Assembly (NCBI GenBank): GCA_001792215.1
Contig: MGGC01000033.1
Location: forward strand, 2,527-66,526
Reading direction: 5' to 3'
From: Candidatus Woesebacteria bacterium RIFCSPHIGHO2_01_FULL_38_10
Lineage (GTDB): Bacteria > Patescibacteriota > Microgenomatia > UBA8517
DNA: 64,000 bases
This document shows positions 47,122-57,604 of the stretch, one piece after another. Every line of letters begins with the position of its first letter. Within the stretch, counting starts at the first letter, position 1. The notes below the pieces were generated by a model. The model searched no databases. It was given only the letters and a program-made list of their open reading frames with translations, and was not told where the DNA came from. The position numbers and the translations under genes were made by a program.

Positions 47122-48624
47122 TTAACTGTCTAATCTTCTCAATTGCTTTGCTATTGAGTGTTTGGCTTGCAAAGTTACCACAAAATCAAGCCAGCGACTG
47201 CTCGGCTTTTTCGGACTTTTCCCCTTGATAACCTCCACTACATCGCCGCTTTCAAGTTTTTTACTAAGAGGAGAAATTTTCTCATTAACTTTTGCACTCT
47301 TTACATATTTGCCTAAACCAGTATGAACTGCATAGGCAAAGTCGATAGGAGTAGCACCAGAGGGCAAATCATAAACATCACCTTTTGGAGAAAAGACAAA
47401 GATTCGCCTACTCAAGGTATCAAATTTAACGGCTTTTAAAAACTCTTCTGAGTCGGTAATCACTTTTTGCCATTCTGTTAACTGTTTTACCCAGGCAAGT
47501 TTATCTTTATCTACACTTATGCCCCTTGCCAATAGTTCATCTTTTACTCCTTTTGACTTTGCTTGAGAATATGCCCAATGAGCAGCCATTCCAAATTCTG
47601 CTTGCTCATGCATAGTATAAGTTCTAATTTGCACTTCAATAATTTTCTGCCCAGGGCTAAAGACTATTGTGTGGATTGACTGATAACCGTTTGGTTTGGG
47701 CTGGGCAATAAAATCTGAAACTCCTATGTGAGGAACCAGTTTATAGCATTGATGGACTATTCCTAAAGCGGCGTAACATTGGGAAACTGTATCAACTAAA
47801 ATCCTTAGTGCACCAATGTCATAAATTCTCTCAAAATTCCAATTAACCCCAGGCCTCTCTAATTTTTTCCATAGGGAATACAAATGCTTTTTTCGAGTAT
47901 CAATTTTTGCTTTTATAGCCTGATCAGACAATTTTTTAAGAAGAGTCCTTTTCATTTTTTTAATCCGCAAATCTGCCTTTTTATAATGAACTTGCGACTT
48001 TTCTTTAACTTTTTCGTATTCGGCAGGATAAACATAAGGGAATGCCAAATCATCAAGTTCGGCCTTAACTTCTCCCATTCCAAGTCTTTCCACAAGAGGA
48101 GCAAATACTTCCAGTGTTTCCTTGGCTATTCTTTCCTGCTTTTCTTCTGCTACATACGAAAGCGTCTGCATATTGTGAAGCCTGTCAGCAAGTTTAACCA
48201 AAACAACTCTTAGATCTTTTGCCATTGCCAAAAACATCTTTCTTAGGTTTTCAACAAATTCTTCTTCCTTTTTTCCACGCAACTTGACGTTTGAGACTTT
48301 TGTGACACCGCTAACCAATCCGGTTACTTCTTCACCAAAATTGTCAATAATATCTTCATTTGTAGCCGCTCCATCCTCTACAACATCATGTAAAAGTCCT
48401 GCCGCAATCGTCTTTATGTCAAGCTTCCAATTTGCCAAATTTTTAGCAGTTTCCAGTTCATGCAACACATAAGGGTCTCCGGACAAGCGTTTCTGTCCAC
48501 TATGGGCTAGTTTTGAAAATTTCCAGACTTTTTTCAAAAACTTAACATCCAATTCGTCGGCATTGTACCCTTTGATTTTGACTATCAACTTTTCAAACTC
48601 CTTTTCCAAAGATCTCTTCATCAT
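47122..48624 (-). CDS. RelA/SpoT (p)ppGpp synthetase/hydrolase, HD-SYNTH-TGS only
   Basis: LHDVVED, KLADRLHN, KPNGYQSIH, EVQIRT, PIDFAYAVH. Confidence 0.95.
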   Translation of the reverse strand: MMKRSLEKEFEKLIVKIKGYNADELDVKFLKKVWKFSKLAHSGQKRLSGDPYVLHELETAKNLANWKLDIKTIAAGLLHDVVEDGAATNEDIIDNFGEEVTGLVSGVTKVSNVKLRGKKEEEFVENLRKMFLAMAKDLRVVLVKLADRLHNMQTLSYVAEEKQERIAKETLEVFAPLVERLGMGEVKAELDDLAFPYVYPAEYEKVKEKSQVHYKKADLRIKKMKRTLLKKLSDQAIKAKIDTRKKHLYSLWKKLERPGVNWNFERIYDIGALRILVDTVSQCYAALGIVHQCYKLVPHIGVSDFIAQPKPNGYQSIHTIVFSPGQKIIEVQIRTYTMHEQAEFGMAAHWAYSQAKSKGVKDELLARGISVDKDKLAWVKQLTEWQKVITDSEEFLKAVKFDTLSRRIFVFSPKGDVYDLPSGATPIDFAYAVHTGLGKYVKSAKVNEKISPLSKKLESGDVVEVIKGKSPKKPSSRWLDFVVTLQAKHSIAKQLRRLDS

Positions 48625-48673
48625 ATTTCTATAAGATTGAAAAATTATCTTTTGCTACACTTCCAAGATTTTT

Positions 48674-50503
48674 TCAAAAAAACTTTATATCTCTAATCCT
48701 AAGTTCCAAATTTTTTCTGCCATTCCAGTCATTCTCGAAAATATTATAAGCAACATCTATAGTTTTTCTAGTCAAAAACCTTGAAAAAAGCTCTCCGAGT
48801 CCAAATCCAATTACTGCAAAAACTTTCCCGTCCTTTTCAAGGCTAAGTCTCAAATGACTTCCCTCTTTCCCAAGCATTCTTGCATTTAAAACGTTAACAC
48901 TTCTGGTTACAAATGTCGGTGTTGGGTTACCTATTCCTGTTGGCTCAAAACCCTTCAAAGCTTCTGCCAAATCCCAAACGATATTACTAAATTCAAGCTC
49001 AGTATCGATTCTTACTTTCCTTTGTAGAAGCTCATCAGTCAGTAATAATGATGAAATTTTATCAAATTCCTGAGCAAAAACTTCAATTTTATCTGTCTTT
49101 ATCGTAAATCCAGCGGCCATTGAATGACCACCTCCGCCGACTATCAGTGAATCCAATTTTCGGATACTCTCAATTATGTTAAAACCCGGAACGGATCTGG
49201 CCGATGCTTTGGAAAATCCTTCCCCGCGTGAAACCACGACCACAGGTCGCCAGAATTCCTCAACCAGTTTTGAGGCAGCCAAACCGATAACACCCTCATG
49301 ATACGATTCATGCGCCAAAACTATTGCCCCTTGCCAATTTTTCACCCGTGCCTTTTCTCTGGCATGCAAAACCACCTTGTCCAAAATCTTCTGTCTTTGA
49401 GCATTTGTTTTACCCAGTAGTTTAGCTAGTTCAAATGCCCTTTTCTTATTTGTGGTACACAAAAGTCTCAAAGAATCTAGTGCATGCTCCATTCTCCCCA
49501 TCGCATTAATTCTTGGAGCAATTATGTAATTAACTTCGTATGTCCCAATTTTTTTAAGGTTCGGAACCTTTCGCACCTTTTGGCTAGTCAAACCCGACTC
49601 CTGAAACAGTGCAATAAGCCCGGGTCGCTTTGTCTTATTTAAGCTTACCAAACCGTATCTTACTAAAGACCTGTTTGGGCCAATTAAGGGTAACTGATCG
49701 GCAATCGTCCCTATGGCGCAAAGGTCTAAACTTTCATTATTTTCCGTTTGGAGGTTTGGAGTTTTGGTGATCTTTATTTTTCTTTTGATTTCTCTTGCCA
49801 ACACCCAGGCAATTCCCGATCCACTTATCTTTTCCGTATGAATTATCGAATATGCTTTGGGAAGCTTTTTCCCCTTCTTATGATGATCAGTTATTATCAC
49901 ATCAATTCCCAGCTCACTCGCAGCATCAACCGCATCGTGGGCGACAATACCATTATCAACAGTTACTATAACTTTTAATTTTTCATTTTTACTTTTTAAT
50001 TTTTGAATGCTATCTGCATTCAAACCGTATCCTTCAGAAAACCTGTCCGGGATATAAGGAAGAACATTTCGGCTAAAAGAATAAAGACATTCCCAAAGTA
50101 TTGCTGTTGCACAAATTCCATCAGCATCATAGTCTCCATATATAACAATGCCTTCTTCACTCTTAATAGCGTCCTTGATCCGTCTTATAGTCTCTTCGAT
50201 TTCCTTTTGATTTATACTTAAACTTTTTACTGAAATCTTTTCAGGATGAACTGGGTTAAAAAACTCCTCTTTTTCCCTTTTTCCCTTTAACCCTCTATTT
50301 TCCAAAAGTACGTCAATTATCTTACCAACTTTGAACTTACCCAGTATCTCCCACTTTTTATCCGCCTTCGCAGAAAACCTACGAGCTGTCAAGCTCGCGG
50401 ATGAATGCGAAGCATTTTCCGCTTCGGCGGATTTTGCTCCGACGAAGCGGGCGGAGAAGATACCACTGGCGTAAGCCAGTGGAGCTTCATCCTGATTAGT
50501 CAT
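48674..50503 (-). CDS. recJ: single-stranded-DNA exonuclease RecJ
   Basis: YGDYDADG, TVDNG, TDHH, GGGHSMAAG; probable start 50503. Confidence 0.96.
   Translation of the reverse strand: MTNQDEAPLAYASGIFSARFVGAKSAEAENASHSSASLTARRFSAKADKKWEILGKFKVGKIIDVLLENRGLKGKREKEEFFNPVHPEKISVKSLSINQKEIEETIRRIKDAIKSEEGIVIYGDYDADGICATAILWECLYSFSRNVLPYIPDRFSEGYGLNADSIQKLKSKNEKLKVIVTVDNGIVAHDAVDAASELGIDVIITDHHKKGKKLPKAYSIIHTEKISGSGIAWVLAREIKRKIKITKTPNLQTENNESLDLCAIGTIADQLPLIGPNRSLVRYGLVSLNKTKRPGLIALFQESGLTSQKVRKVPNLKKIGTYEVNYIIAPRINAMGRMEHALDSLRLLCTTNKKRAFELAKLLGKTNAQRQKILDKVVLHAREKARVKNWQGAIVLAHESYHEGVIGLAASKLVEEFWRPVVVVSRGEGFSKASARSVPGFNIIESIRKLDSLIVGGGGHSMAAGFTIKTDKIEVFAQEFDKISSLLLTDELLQRKVRIDTELEFSNIVWDLAEALKGFEPTGIGNPTPTFVTRSVNVLNARMLGKEGSHLRLSLEKDGKVFAVIGFGLGELFSRFLTRKTIDVAYNIFENDWNGRKNLELRIRDIKFF
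50357..50492 (-). mobile_element. two-hairpin mini-element inserted in frame at the recJ N-terminus
   Basis: CCACTGGC-TTAC-GCCAGTGG and ATTCATCCGCGAGCTTGACAGCTCGTAGGTTTTC hairpins; encodes ~45 extra aa before KKWEIL. Confidence 0.72.
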
Positions 50504-50534
50504 TTTATTCACGCTTAAAGTATAATGGTAACAA

Positions 50535-52013
50535 ATGAAAATAAACTTACCAAAAAAAGTAAAACAAATCATCAAAAATCTAGAAGAAAAAGGGGTTGAA
50601 ATCTACATTGTCGGCGGGGCAGTTCGCGACATTCTAATGGCAAAGTTAGTATATGATTGGGATTTTACAACAAATGCAACGCCAGATACTATCCAAAAAT
50701 TATTTCCTGATTCCTTCTATGACAATAAATTCGGAACCGTTGGAATTCCAAGCGAAGTTGAGGGAGAAAGATCTTATGAAATTACGACCTTCAGAACCGA
50801 ACATGGGTATTCTGATGCCAGACGGCCTGACAAAGTTGAATGGGGGAAAACTTTGGAAGAAGATCTCAAAAGACGAGATTTTACGATTAATGCAATGGCC
50901 CTTCGACTCACTTCGTTCGCTCAGAGTAAACCCGCAAAACACTCATCGGGTGACCGGCTTGTCCGCCGAAGCCTCGGCAAAGGCGGAGTGGACTCCCGTG
51001 GGGCAGACGCTTGGAACGAAAACGAAGCAGAGGTTGAATTAATAGATCTTTATGCCGGCAAGAAAGATCTTGATAATAAACTCATCCGAGCAGTTGGTGA
51101 TCCGAACGAGCGATTCTCAGAGGATGCTCTTCGTATGATGCGGGCAGTAAGAATTGCCTCAGAACTTAATTTTAAGATCCAGCCGGCAACCCTTACAGCA
51201 ATCCAAAAAAACGTTAGTTTAATCGCAAAAATTGCAAGAGAAAGAGTCAGGGATGAACTTCTTAAAATACTTTCCTCTCCGCACGCTTACCAAGGAATGA
51301 CACTTTTCCGAGAAACTGGTCTGATGGAAAAAATCTTGCCGGAAATGCAACAAACATTCGGGGTAGATCAAAAGTCGCCGGGAAGACACCACATCCACGA
51401 CGTGGGAACACACCTGATGCTTTCCTTAAAACATGTGCTCCAAAGAAACCCCGATCCCATCACAAGATTTGCGACTCTTATACACGATATTGGAAAGCCG
51501 CACACGAAAAAAGTGTTGGAAAACGGTGTTATCACTTTCTACAATCATGAAATGGTCAGTGCAAAGATAGCCAGAAGAATTGCAGCAAGACTTAAGTTTT
51601 CCAAAAAGCAAAGTGAAAAACTCTATAAACTAGTTCGTTGGCATCAATTCTCGGTTGATGAAACCCAAACAGATTCGGCCTTAAGACGCTTTATAAGAAA
51701 TGTTGGAGTAGAAACCGTTCTGGACATCTTGGATTTAAGAGTCGGTGATAGATTAGGAGGAGGAGCAAGAGAAACCTCATGGCGATTGGAAGAATTTAAA
51801 AAGCGTCTAATTGAGGTCCAAAAACAACCATTTACAGTTCATGATTTAAAAATCTCAGGCTTTGATGTCATGGAGGCATTCAAAATTCCCCCAGGACCGA
51901 AAGTAGGAGAGGTGCTAGAAAAACTTTATAAGGAGGTAGTTGAGAAAAAAATTGAAAACGAAAAGGACGCACTCTTAAAACGCTTAGGGGTCATTTCAAA
52001 ACCTCACATCTAA
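50535..52013 (+). CDS. cca: CCA tRNA nucleotidyltransferase with HD domain
   Basis: VGGAVRD, DWD, RRDFTINA, EDALR, ERVRDE, HDIGK. Confidence 0.93.
   Translation: MKINLPKKVKQIIKNLEEKGVEIYIVGGAVRDILMAKLVYDWDFTTNATPDTIQKLFPDSFYDNKFGTVGIPSEVEGERSYEITTFRTEHGYSDARRPDKVEWGKTLEEDLKRRDFTINAMALRLTSFAQSKPAKHSSGDRLVRRSLGKGGVDSRGADAWNENEAEVELIDLYAGKKDLDNKLIRAVGDPNERFSEDALRMMRAVRIASELNFKIQPATLTAIQKNVSLIAKIARERVRDELLKILSSPHAYQGMTLFRETGLMEKILPEMQQTFGVDQKSPGRHHIHDVGTHLMLSLKHVLQRNPDPITRFATLIHDIGKPHTKKVLENGVITFYNHEMVSAKIARRIAARLKFSKKQSEKLYKLVRWHQFSVDETQTDSALRRFIRNVGVETVLDILDLRVGDRLGGGARETSWRLEEFKKRLIEVQKQPFTVHDLKISGFDVMEAFKIPPGPKVGEVLEKLYKEVVEKKIENEKDALLKRLGVISKPHI
50899..51030. repeat. composite palindromic insertions in frame in the CCA enzyme
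   Basis: CCCTTCGACTCACTTCGTTCGCTCAGAG and TCCGCCGAAGCCTCGGCAAAGGCGGA between INAMAL and LIDLY. Confidence 0.7.
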
Positions 52014-52032
52014 TTACTTCTAGGTGACTTAA

Positions 52033-52914
52033 TTAAGGTAAGCTTTCGCAAACTTTCCCATCACCATCTCGGTCGAGTTTGTGAACGTCATTAGCTACCC
52101 CACCGCAAGTTTCAAAAACACCTTGCGCCTCAGCTTGAGTTTTAAAATCACTACAGTTATATTTATTCAAACTACACTCAATAGTATCCGTGGACTGGTT
52201 CACAGTAACATTATCGTCTTCATTTGGCACTTTTGATACATCCGATACTTCTTCTTGGCAACTACTCCATAACCCGCGTCTTTCCTCCCTTGCCTCTTTC
52301 TCTGCCTCTTTAAACAATAGTTGATATTTAACATCAGGTGGATAAGTTGCACCTAGCGCATATCCCTCTTTTACCAAATATTCATTAACAAATACTTCAT
52401 TCTCGCTCTTACTCTTACTGTTACTCTTACTCACATACACATACCTCAGCAGTCTCCCATACCTATCCCTTTCCGAAACATCTCTCTCGAGCCTCACCTG
52501 TCTACCCAAAACCAGCTCTTCATTTTTCCTTTTAGCCTCTTCAGAAAAACAATTTTCAACTTGCGATATCTCGGGCGCATCAATGCCTATGTATCTAACT
52601 GTTTCGCCATCTTCTCGACCAGAGAAAGATTGTCCTTGCAAGAATACAGCCACCGTATCACCATCGATTACTTTTATAACTTTTGCCGTGCTGCCATTAT
52701 TTATATTTACTACCCTTTCACCCATTACCTCGGAAGTCGAGGCCGAATTTTCTTGAGAAGATTGCAGTATGTTAACATCCGACAGCTCTCTAACAAGAGG
52801 TTTTTGCAGTCTACTCACAAAAACAAAGATAAAAACCATGTTCAAAAATAAGGAAAAAAGAAGTAAGCTTTTTCTTTTACTCATTTGGAAAAAAGGCAGG
52901 GATGTCTGAAACAA
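52033..52914 (-). CDS. thermonuclease (SNase) with C-terminal excalibur Ca-binding domain
   Basis: [22 protein letters not shown]; NCSDF...[11 protein letters not shown]. Confidence 0.92.
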   Translation of the reverse strand: MFQTSLPFFQMSKRKSLLLFSLFLNMVFIFVFVSRLQKPLVRELSDVNILQSSQENSASTSEVMGERVVNINNGSTAKVIKVIDGDTVAVFLQGQSFSGREDGETVRYIGIDAPEISQVENCFSEEAKRKNEELVLGRQVRLERDVSERDRYGRLLRYVYVSKSNSKSKSENEVFVNEYLVKEGYALGATYPPDVKYQLLFKEAEKEAREERRGLWSSCQEEVSDVSKVPNEDDNVTVNQSTDTIECSLNKYNCSDFKTQAEAQGVFETCGGVANDVHKLDRDGDGKVCESLP

Positions 52915-52926
52915 AAAGGTCCATGC

Positions 52927-53871
52927 TCAACCGGTTTTACTTTTTTTCGAAGGATTTTTCCTAAAAACCTTATCCCAGCTGACCAAAAGTGGAACTGCAA
53001 CAAAGGGTGAAGAATAAGTTCCCAGGATAGTGCCCAGAAAAAGGGCAACAGCAAACCACCTGATGCTTACTCCACCAAGAAGAATTAAAGATGTGAGCAT
53101 AAAGAGAATTGTAAAAGAGTTGTTAAGAGAACGAACCATTGTCTCAGTTACAGCCTGATTGGCAAGTCTGGAAAAAGAATCTTTCAGCAAGTTGGATGAC
53201 TTTTTGGACCGGTCATCAAACTTTTTCTGTGATTCCCGGATTCTATCAAAAACAACAATTGTGTCATGAACAGAAAAGGATAAGGTAGTCAAAAGAGCGG
53301 TAACAAAAAGAAAGTCGATCTCAACATTATAAAAGTGACCTAAAAAAGAATAACCTGCGATCAATAAAAAACTATCATGAAACATGGCTAGGATTGCACT
53401 TATGCCAAACTTCAAATTTTTAAATTGATAAGCCACCCAAGCCAGTATCACTCCCGAGGCAATCAGGATTGCATAAATGGTTTTTCTTACAAGTTCAGGT
53501 CCTATCGAAGGGCCAACTGTCTCAAAACGCAGTTCCTCAACCCCGGAATAAGATAGATTTTCAAGAACTTTTTTAAGCTTTTCCTTACCTTCCTTATCCA
53601 AAGATGCCAACCTTAAAAGATATTTATTGTCTCCTAATGCTTGAATAGAATTAAGTTTTAACCCCTCTTCTTCCAATTTTTTATCTATTCCTTCAGTTGA
53701 AATCCCTTTTTCAAATTTATACTCAATTAAAGAACCACCTTTAAAATCAACTCCAAATTTTAATCCCCACTTAAAAAGACCAAGAATTCCCAATACAATC
53801 ATTAACCCCGAAAGAGTAAAAAAGATAAATTTGTAGCGCATCCAATCCATAGGTGCAATTCTGCAGGACAA
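52927..53871 (-). CDS. secF: protein translocase subunit SecF
   Basis: GVDFKGG, VGPSIG, SVHDTIVVFDRIRE, GTYSS. Confidence 0.96.
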   Translation of the reverse strand: MSCRIAPMDWMRYKFIFFTLSGLMIVLGILGLFKWGLKFGVDFKGGSLIEYKFEKGISTEGIDKKLEEEGLKLNSIQALGDNKYLLRLASLDKEGKEKLKKVLENLSYSGVEELRFETVGPSIGPELVRKTIYAILIASGVILAWVAYQFKNLKFGISAILAMFHDSFLLIAGYSFLGHFYNVEIDFLFVTALLTTLSFSVHDTIVVFDRIRESQKKFDDRSKKSSNLLKDSFSRLANQAVTETMVRSLNNSFTILFMLTSLILLGGVSIRWFAVALFLGTILGTYSSPFVAVPLLVSWDKVFRKNPSKKSKTG

Positions 53872-53885
53872 AGTAACAAATACGA

Positions 53886-55274
53886 CTAAATATTAATTCT
53901 TCGCGTCGTGTCCTTTGCCACTTTTTTTTCTTTTACGAATACTCTCAATAAATTTCTACTAACAATGATTCCCGTAAAAAGGCTAATCGCAATACCCAAT
54001 GCAAGCGTTATGGCAAAACCCCTGACAGGTCCTGATGTATGTAAAAAAGGAAAGTCCAAGGGATTAGCCAAAACAAAAGCTGCAACCAAAGTTGCAATAT
54101 TTGCATCTCTTATCGAATCCCAAGCTCTGCCAAACGAATACTCCAAAGCGTCCTGAAAATCTCTTTCTTTTATTTCCTCCTTAAGCCTCTCAAAAATTAA
54201 GATATTTGAATCCACCGCCATTCCCACACTTAGCAAAAATCCCGAAATTCCAGGTAAGGTCAAAACAATAGGTATCAGTTTATACAAAGCCAGAGTCAAA
54301 ATCCCGAATGTGATTAAGGCGACATTCGCGATCAATCCCAACTTTCCATATATAAAAACCATAAAAAGCAAAACCATAAAAAGCCCAATCAAACCTGCAT
54401 TGATACTTTTTTTGATCGATTCCGCCCCTAATGTAGCTCCAACTGTTCTTTGCTCAACCAGTCTGATAGATACGGGTAAAGCTCCAGCATTAAGTTGTAT
54501 AGCCAGATTTTTTGCCTCATCTGAACTAAAATTTCCTGTAATTTGAGCCGAGCCTCCAATAATTTTTTCTTGAACAACCGGAGCCGATATAGGATTATCA
54601 TCCAAAAGAATTGCAATTGGTTTACCAACATTCTTTTCCGTTAACCTGGCAAACTTACCAGAACCTTCATTAGTAAATTCCAAAGAAACGGAAGGTTTTC
54701 CGGTAGTTCTATCAAAAGTCACATCAGCACTCTTAAGATCAGCTCCAGTTAAATCGGTAGGGTTAATTCCAGAACCTTCTTCTCCAATTTCAGCAAAAGT
54801 TAGCTGGGCAGTTTTGCCAATAAGATCAATTGCTTTCTCTACCTCCTTGACTCCGGGAAGTTCAACAATAATCCTATCTTTACCCTGAAAAGAAGAGACT
54901 AAAACATTGGGTTCGGAAATTCCAAAAAGATTTACTCTTTTTTCGATCACCTTTCTTACCGATTCAATAGCTTTTTTCTTCTTACTCTCATCAACACTTC
55001 CAGTATCTGCTTCAAAAGCCAGGTGTGATCCTCCTGCAAGATCAAGTCCTAAAACCAAATCAAAATTCTTTTTAAAAGAGATTCCGCCAATCTTTACATT
55101 TAAATTAGGTCTTGTCAAAGTCTTATTGACAGAAATTCCAGGAAGATTTACTTTGATGGGAATTTCTTTTGGCAGACTTATAAATCCGGCCACCAAAGCC
55201 AAAATCAAAACCAAAATTAATTTTTTAAGTGGGGAAAAAAACATAAATTTAAATTTCGGTCTAATTTCTCCCAA
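53886..55274 (-). CDS. secD: protein translocase subunit SecD
   Basis: LGLDLAGG, RIIVELPG, AGALP, GMAVDSNILIFER. Confidence 0.96.
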   Translation of the reverse strand: MGEIRPKFKFMFFSPLKKLILVLILALVAGFISLPKEIPIKVNLPGISVNKTLTRPNLNVKIGGISFKKNFDLVLGLDLAGGSHLAFEADTGSVDESKKKKAIESVRKVIEKRVNLFGISEPNVLVSSFQGKDRIIVELPGVKEVEKAIDLIGKTAQLTFAEIGEEGSGINPTDLTGADLKSADVTFDRTTGKPSVSLEFTNEGSGKFARLTEKNVGKPIAILLDDNPISAPVVQEKIIGGSAQITGNFSSDEAKNLAIQLNAGALPVSIRLVEQRTVGATLGAESIKKSINAGLIGLFMVLLFMVFIYGKLGLIANVALITFGILTLALYKLIPIVLTLPGISGFLLSVGMAVDSNILIFERLKEEIKERDFQDALEYSFGRAWDSIRDANIATLVAAFVLANPLDFPFLHTSGPVRGFAITLALGIAISLFTGIIVSRNLLRVFVKEKKVAKDTTRRINI

Positions 55275-55304
55275 AAAAAATCTTTGGGATTCTCTGAAGG
55301 AAGT

Positions 55305-55889
55305 TTAGCTTACAAGTTCTTCCTCATCGCCAATTATCATAACCCGACTGCGGGAAAGAATTCCCAAAAGGAAAGGGTCTCGCCTTTTTTTCCTGAACTC
55401 ATATTCATCCCTACTCATAACAGTATAGTTTATTTCCTGACCTCTTAATGTCTCTTCCTGACGGATCAGAGTGGCAAGTTCAGGCAAAACCACATCCCCA
55501 ACTACCAGAATATCTACTTCATCATCTTTTTTTCTTGGCTTTCCTCTCACAAATTTTCCTGAAAACATCACAAAGACTATTTTTCCTATTTTTTTACTGT
55601 TTTCAATAATTCCTTTACCTAATCCTTTAGACTTGGCAACTATCGCTATCAAATCTCCAAAAAAGGAGTAGTCTTTTCTTATCCAATAGTAAAGTCTATT
55701 TCCCCTGGCTTCATTTTTTAGAATACCTGCTTTATGAAGACGGTTAAGCTCCCTTCTTACAGCGTTTATCTCCTCTTTGGTTTTCCTAACTATTCCCCGA
55801 ACATGATACATCTCATTGATGTCCGACAAAAAAAGTTCCAAAATCTTAACTCTTACTTTTGAAGTAATTATGTCTGAAAGATCCGCCAT
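55305..55889 (-). CDS. wHTH + nucleotidyltransferase-like domain protein
   Basis: N-terminal winged helix (HVRGIVR...VRREL), SGKF...EVDILVVG. Confidence 0.75.
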   Translation of the reverse strand: MADLSDIITSKVRVKILELFLSDINEMYHVRGIVRKTKEEINAVRRELNRLHKAGILKNEARGNRLYYWIRKDYSFFGDLIAIVAKSKGLGKGIIENSKKIGKIVFVMFSGKFVRGKPRKKDDEVDILVVGDVVLPELATLIRQEETLRGQEINYTVMSRDEYEFRKKRRDPFLLGILSRSRVMIIGDEEELVS

Positions 55890-55925
55890 CTATCGATTAG
55901 GCAGGCTTTAGCAGAAGTGGAAATC

Positions 55926-57146
55926 TTAGTATACTACTTCGCTTCCAAAAGGAATAGCTTCTATCCAAATCACTCCTCTAATAAAACCAATTTCCTTTCC
56001 TTTCTTATCAAAAAACTTGGTTCTTGAACTTTGAAAATCCTTCTTCCAAATTCCCTCAATTACATCTCCATTTTGGAATATAAGGGCTTTTCCTTCGCCT
56101 ACTGTGGTATAAAACATGTGCTTCTCTTTGTCAACAGGACCTTTCTCTTTAACGAATTGAACTACTACATTTTTTGCAATTAATCCTATCTTTGTCTCAA
56201 AATCCTGATGCTCTTTTCCTCCGTTGAATCTTAAGTAATGGTTACCTGTCAAATCATATTTCCAACCAACATCATAATCAACCATTCCATCCCAAAACTT
56301 AAAAGATATCTCGGTTGCATTAGGAGCTGGAACTGGCTTTTCATCAATAAATTTCCAAACCGTAAAGTTTTCATCCCAAGCATTTCCTTCACTGTCTTTA
56401 TAGCCAAAACCACGCTTTTTAGCTTCCTCAAAAATTTTATCCGTATAACCTTCAAACGAATGTTCCCAGGCAGATTTTGTACCCAGACGGTATTGATCTC
56501 TTTTTACCGCCGGATAGCCAAGATTAGTACCAGCATCCATTGCATTACCATTTGCACTCCTCCAGCCTAATTTGACCAATCTTTTGAAGGCGTCGACTTC
56601 AGGAGCAACCTCTCCCTTATATTTAACTCCCCCAGGACAATTATTACAGATATTATTTGCTCCTCCTGAATGAACAAGAAGTGGGTAGTTACCGAACTCA
56701 GAGGCCCAATCAATAAAGTAAACTCGGATACTTCTAATGGGTGCAATTTTTACATCTTCAGCCGAAGCTCCGCAATAATAAACAGCCAGAAACCTGGTTA
56801 TTCCGCCCTCGGCAACTGCTTCATAGATAAGATCTGCCTTGGATAATCCAGACTGGGAACGTGAATCCAAATGATTCTCGATAACTGCAGTTATTGGTCG
56901 CCTTTCTTCCCAAATAACCTTTTCAGGTTTGGAAAACATTTTACCGTTTATTGGACATTCTTCATCCTTGGGCAAATTTGGATCAATTCGGGCCCGCCCT
57001 TTTTCAACTTCCCTTGGAACAAGAGGTTCTTTCTTTAAGAAAGAAAAAAACGCCCAAGAGCTACCCAAGGATAAAAGAAAAAGACCTAAAAAACTTAGAA
57101 CTAACATTGCCTTCTTTCCTAAAATTAGATTTTTTACTTTTTCCAT
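55926..57146 (-). CDS. DUF3048-family membrane-anchored protein
   Basis: VIENH, QSGLSKAD, EGGITRF, PIRSIR, HSGG. Confidence 0.85.
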   Translation of the reverse strand: MEKVKNLILGKKAMLVLSFLGLFLLSLGSSWAFFSFLKKEPLVPREVEKGRARIDPNLPKDEECPINGKMFSKPEKVIWEERRPITAVIENHLDSRSQSGLSKADLIYEAVAEGGITRFLAVYYCGASAEDVKIAPIRSIRVYFIDWASEFGNYPLLVHSGGANNICNNCPGGVKYKGEVAPEVDAFKRLVKLGWRSANGNAMDAGTNLGYPAVKRDQYRLGTKSAWEHSFEGYTDKIFEEAKKRGFGYKDSEGNAWDENFTVWKFIDEKPVPAPNATEISFKFWDGMVDYDVGWKYDLTGNHYLRFNGGKEHQDFETKIGLIAKNVVVQFVKEKGPVDKEKHMFYTTVGEGKALIFQNGDVIEGIWKKDFQSSRTKFFDKKGKEIGFIRGVIWIEAIPFGSEVVY

Positions 57147-57151
57147 AAAAC

Positions 57152-57604
57152 CTAGCGCTTTTGGGCGATTTTTAACGCCTTTTTTTCCTCATCGGAAAGT
57201 TCATGTTTACTCTTCCCCCCTTTTATGTCTCTTACATAAACCCTGGTTCTCTCTCTCGTATGCAAACCAGTAATTACAACACCGTTATCTTTTCCATTCA
57301 AAAGTGCAATTGAAAAACTTTGATCTCCACCCATTTCATTAAATGGGTTAAAACGCACCAATCCTAATTTCTGAATGTGCAAAAGGTTATCTTGCTTAAT
57401 AACTTCAATTCCTTTTTGAAAAGCCTTTAAACTTTTTGAGTTTTCGTCAAAACTTTTTAACACAGAATTTAGTATTTTGATAAGATTCCCGTTCTTAACC
57501 CCTTTGGAAAATTTCAGAAAAAAAAGGAAAACCCACGACAGCGAAACTGTTAATAAAAAAAGGTAAACAACCAATCCAACTAAAACAAGTTTGCTAACCT
57601 GCAT
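57152..57604 (-). CDS. DUF4446-family protein
   Basis: VRFNPF..GGDQSFS, LSDEE. Confidence 0.85.
   Translation of the reverse strand: MQVSKLVLVGLVVYLFLLTVSLSWVFLFFLKFSKGVKNGNLIKILNSVLKSFDENSKSLKAFQKGIEVIKQDNLLHIQKLGLVRFNPFNEMGGDQSFSIALLNGKDNGVVITGLHTRERTRVYVRDIKGGKSKHELSDEEKKALKIAQKR

Noticed and set aside
50504-50575. recJ start at 50575 from the ORF track
   Set aside because: It overlaps the divergent cca start and promoter; ATG at 50503 is more plausible
52405-52432. ACTCTT hexamer repeats in the thermonuclease gene
   Set aside because: Short in-frame low-complexity loop (SKSNSKSKS); no sign of phase variation
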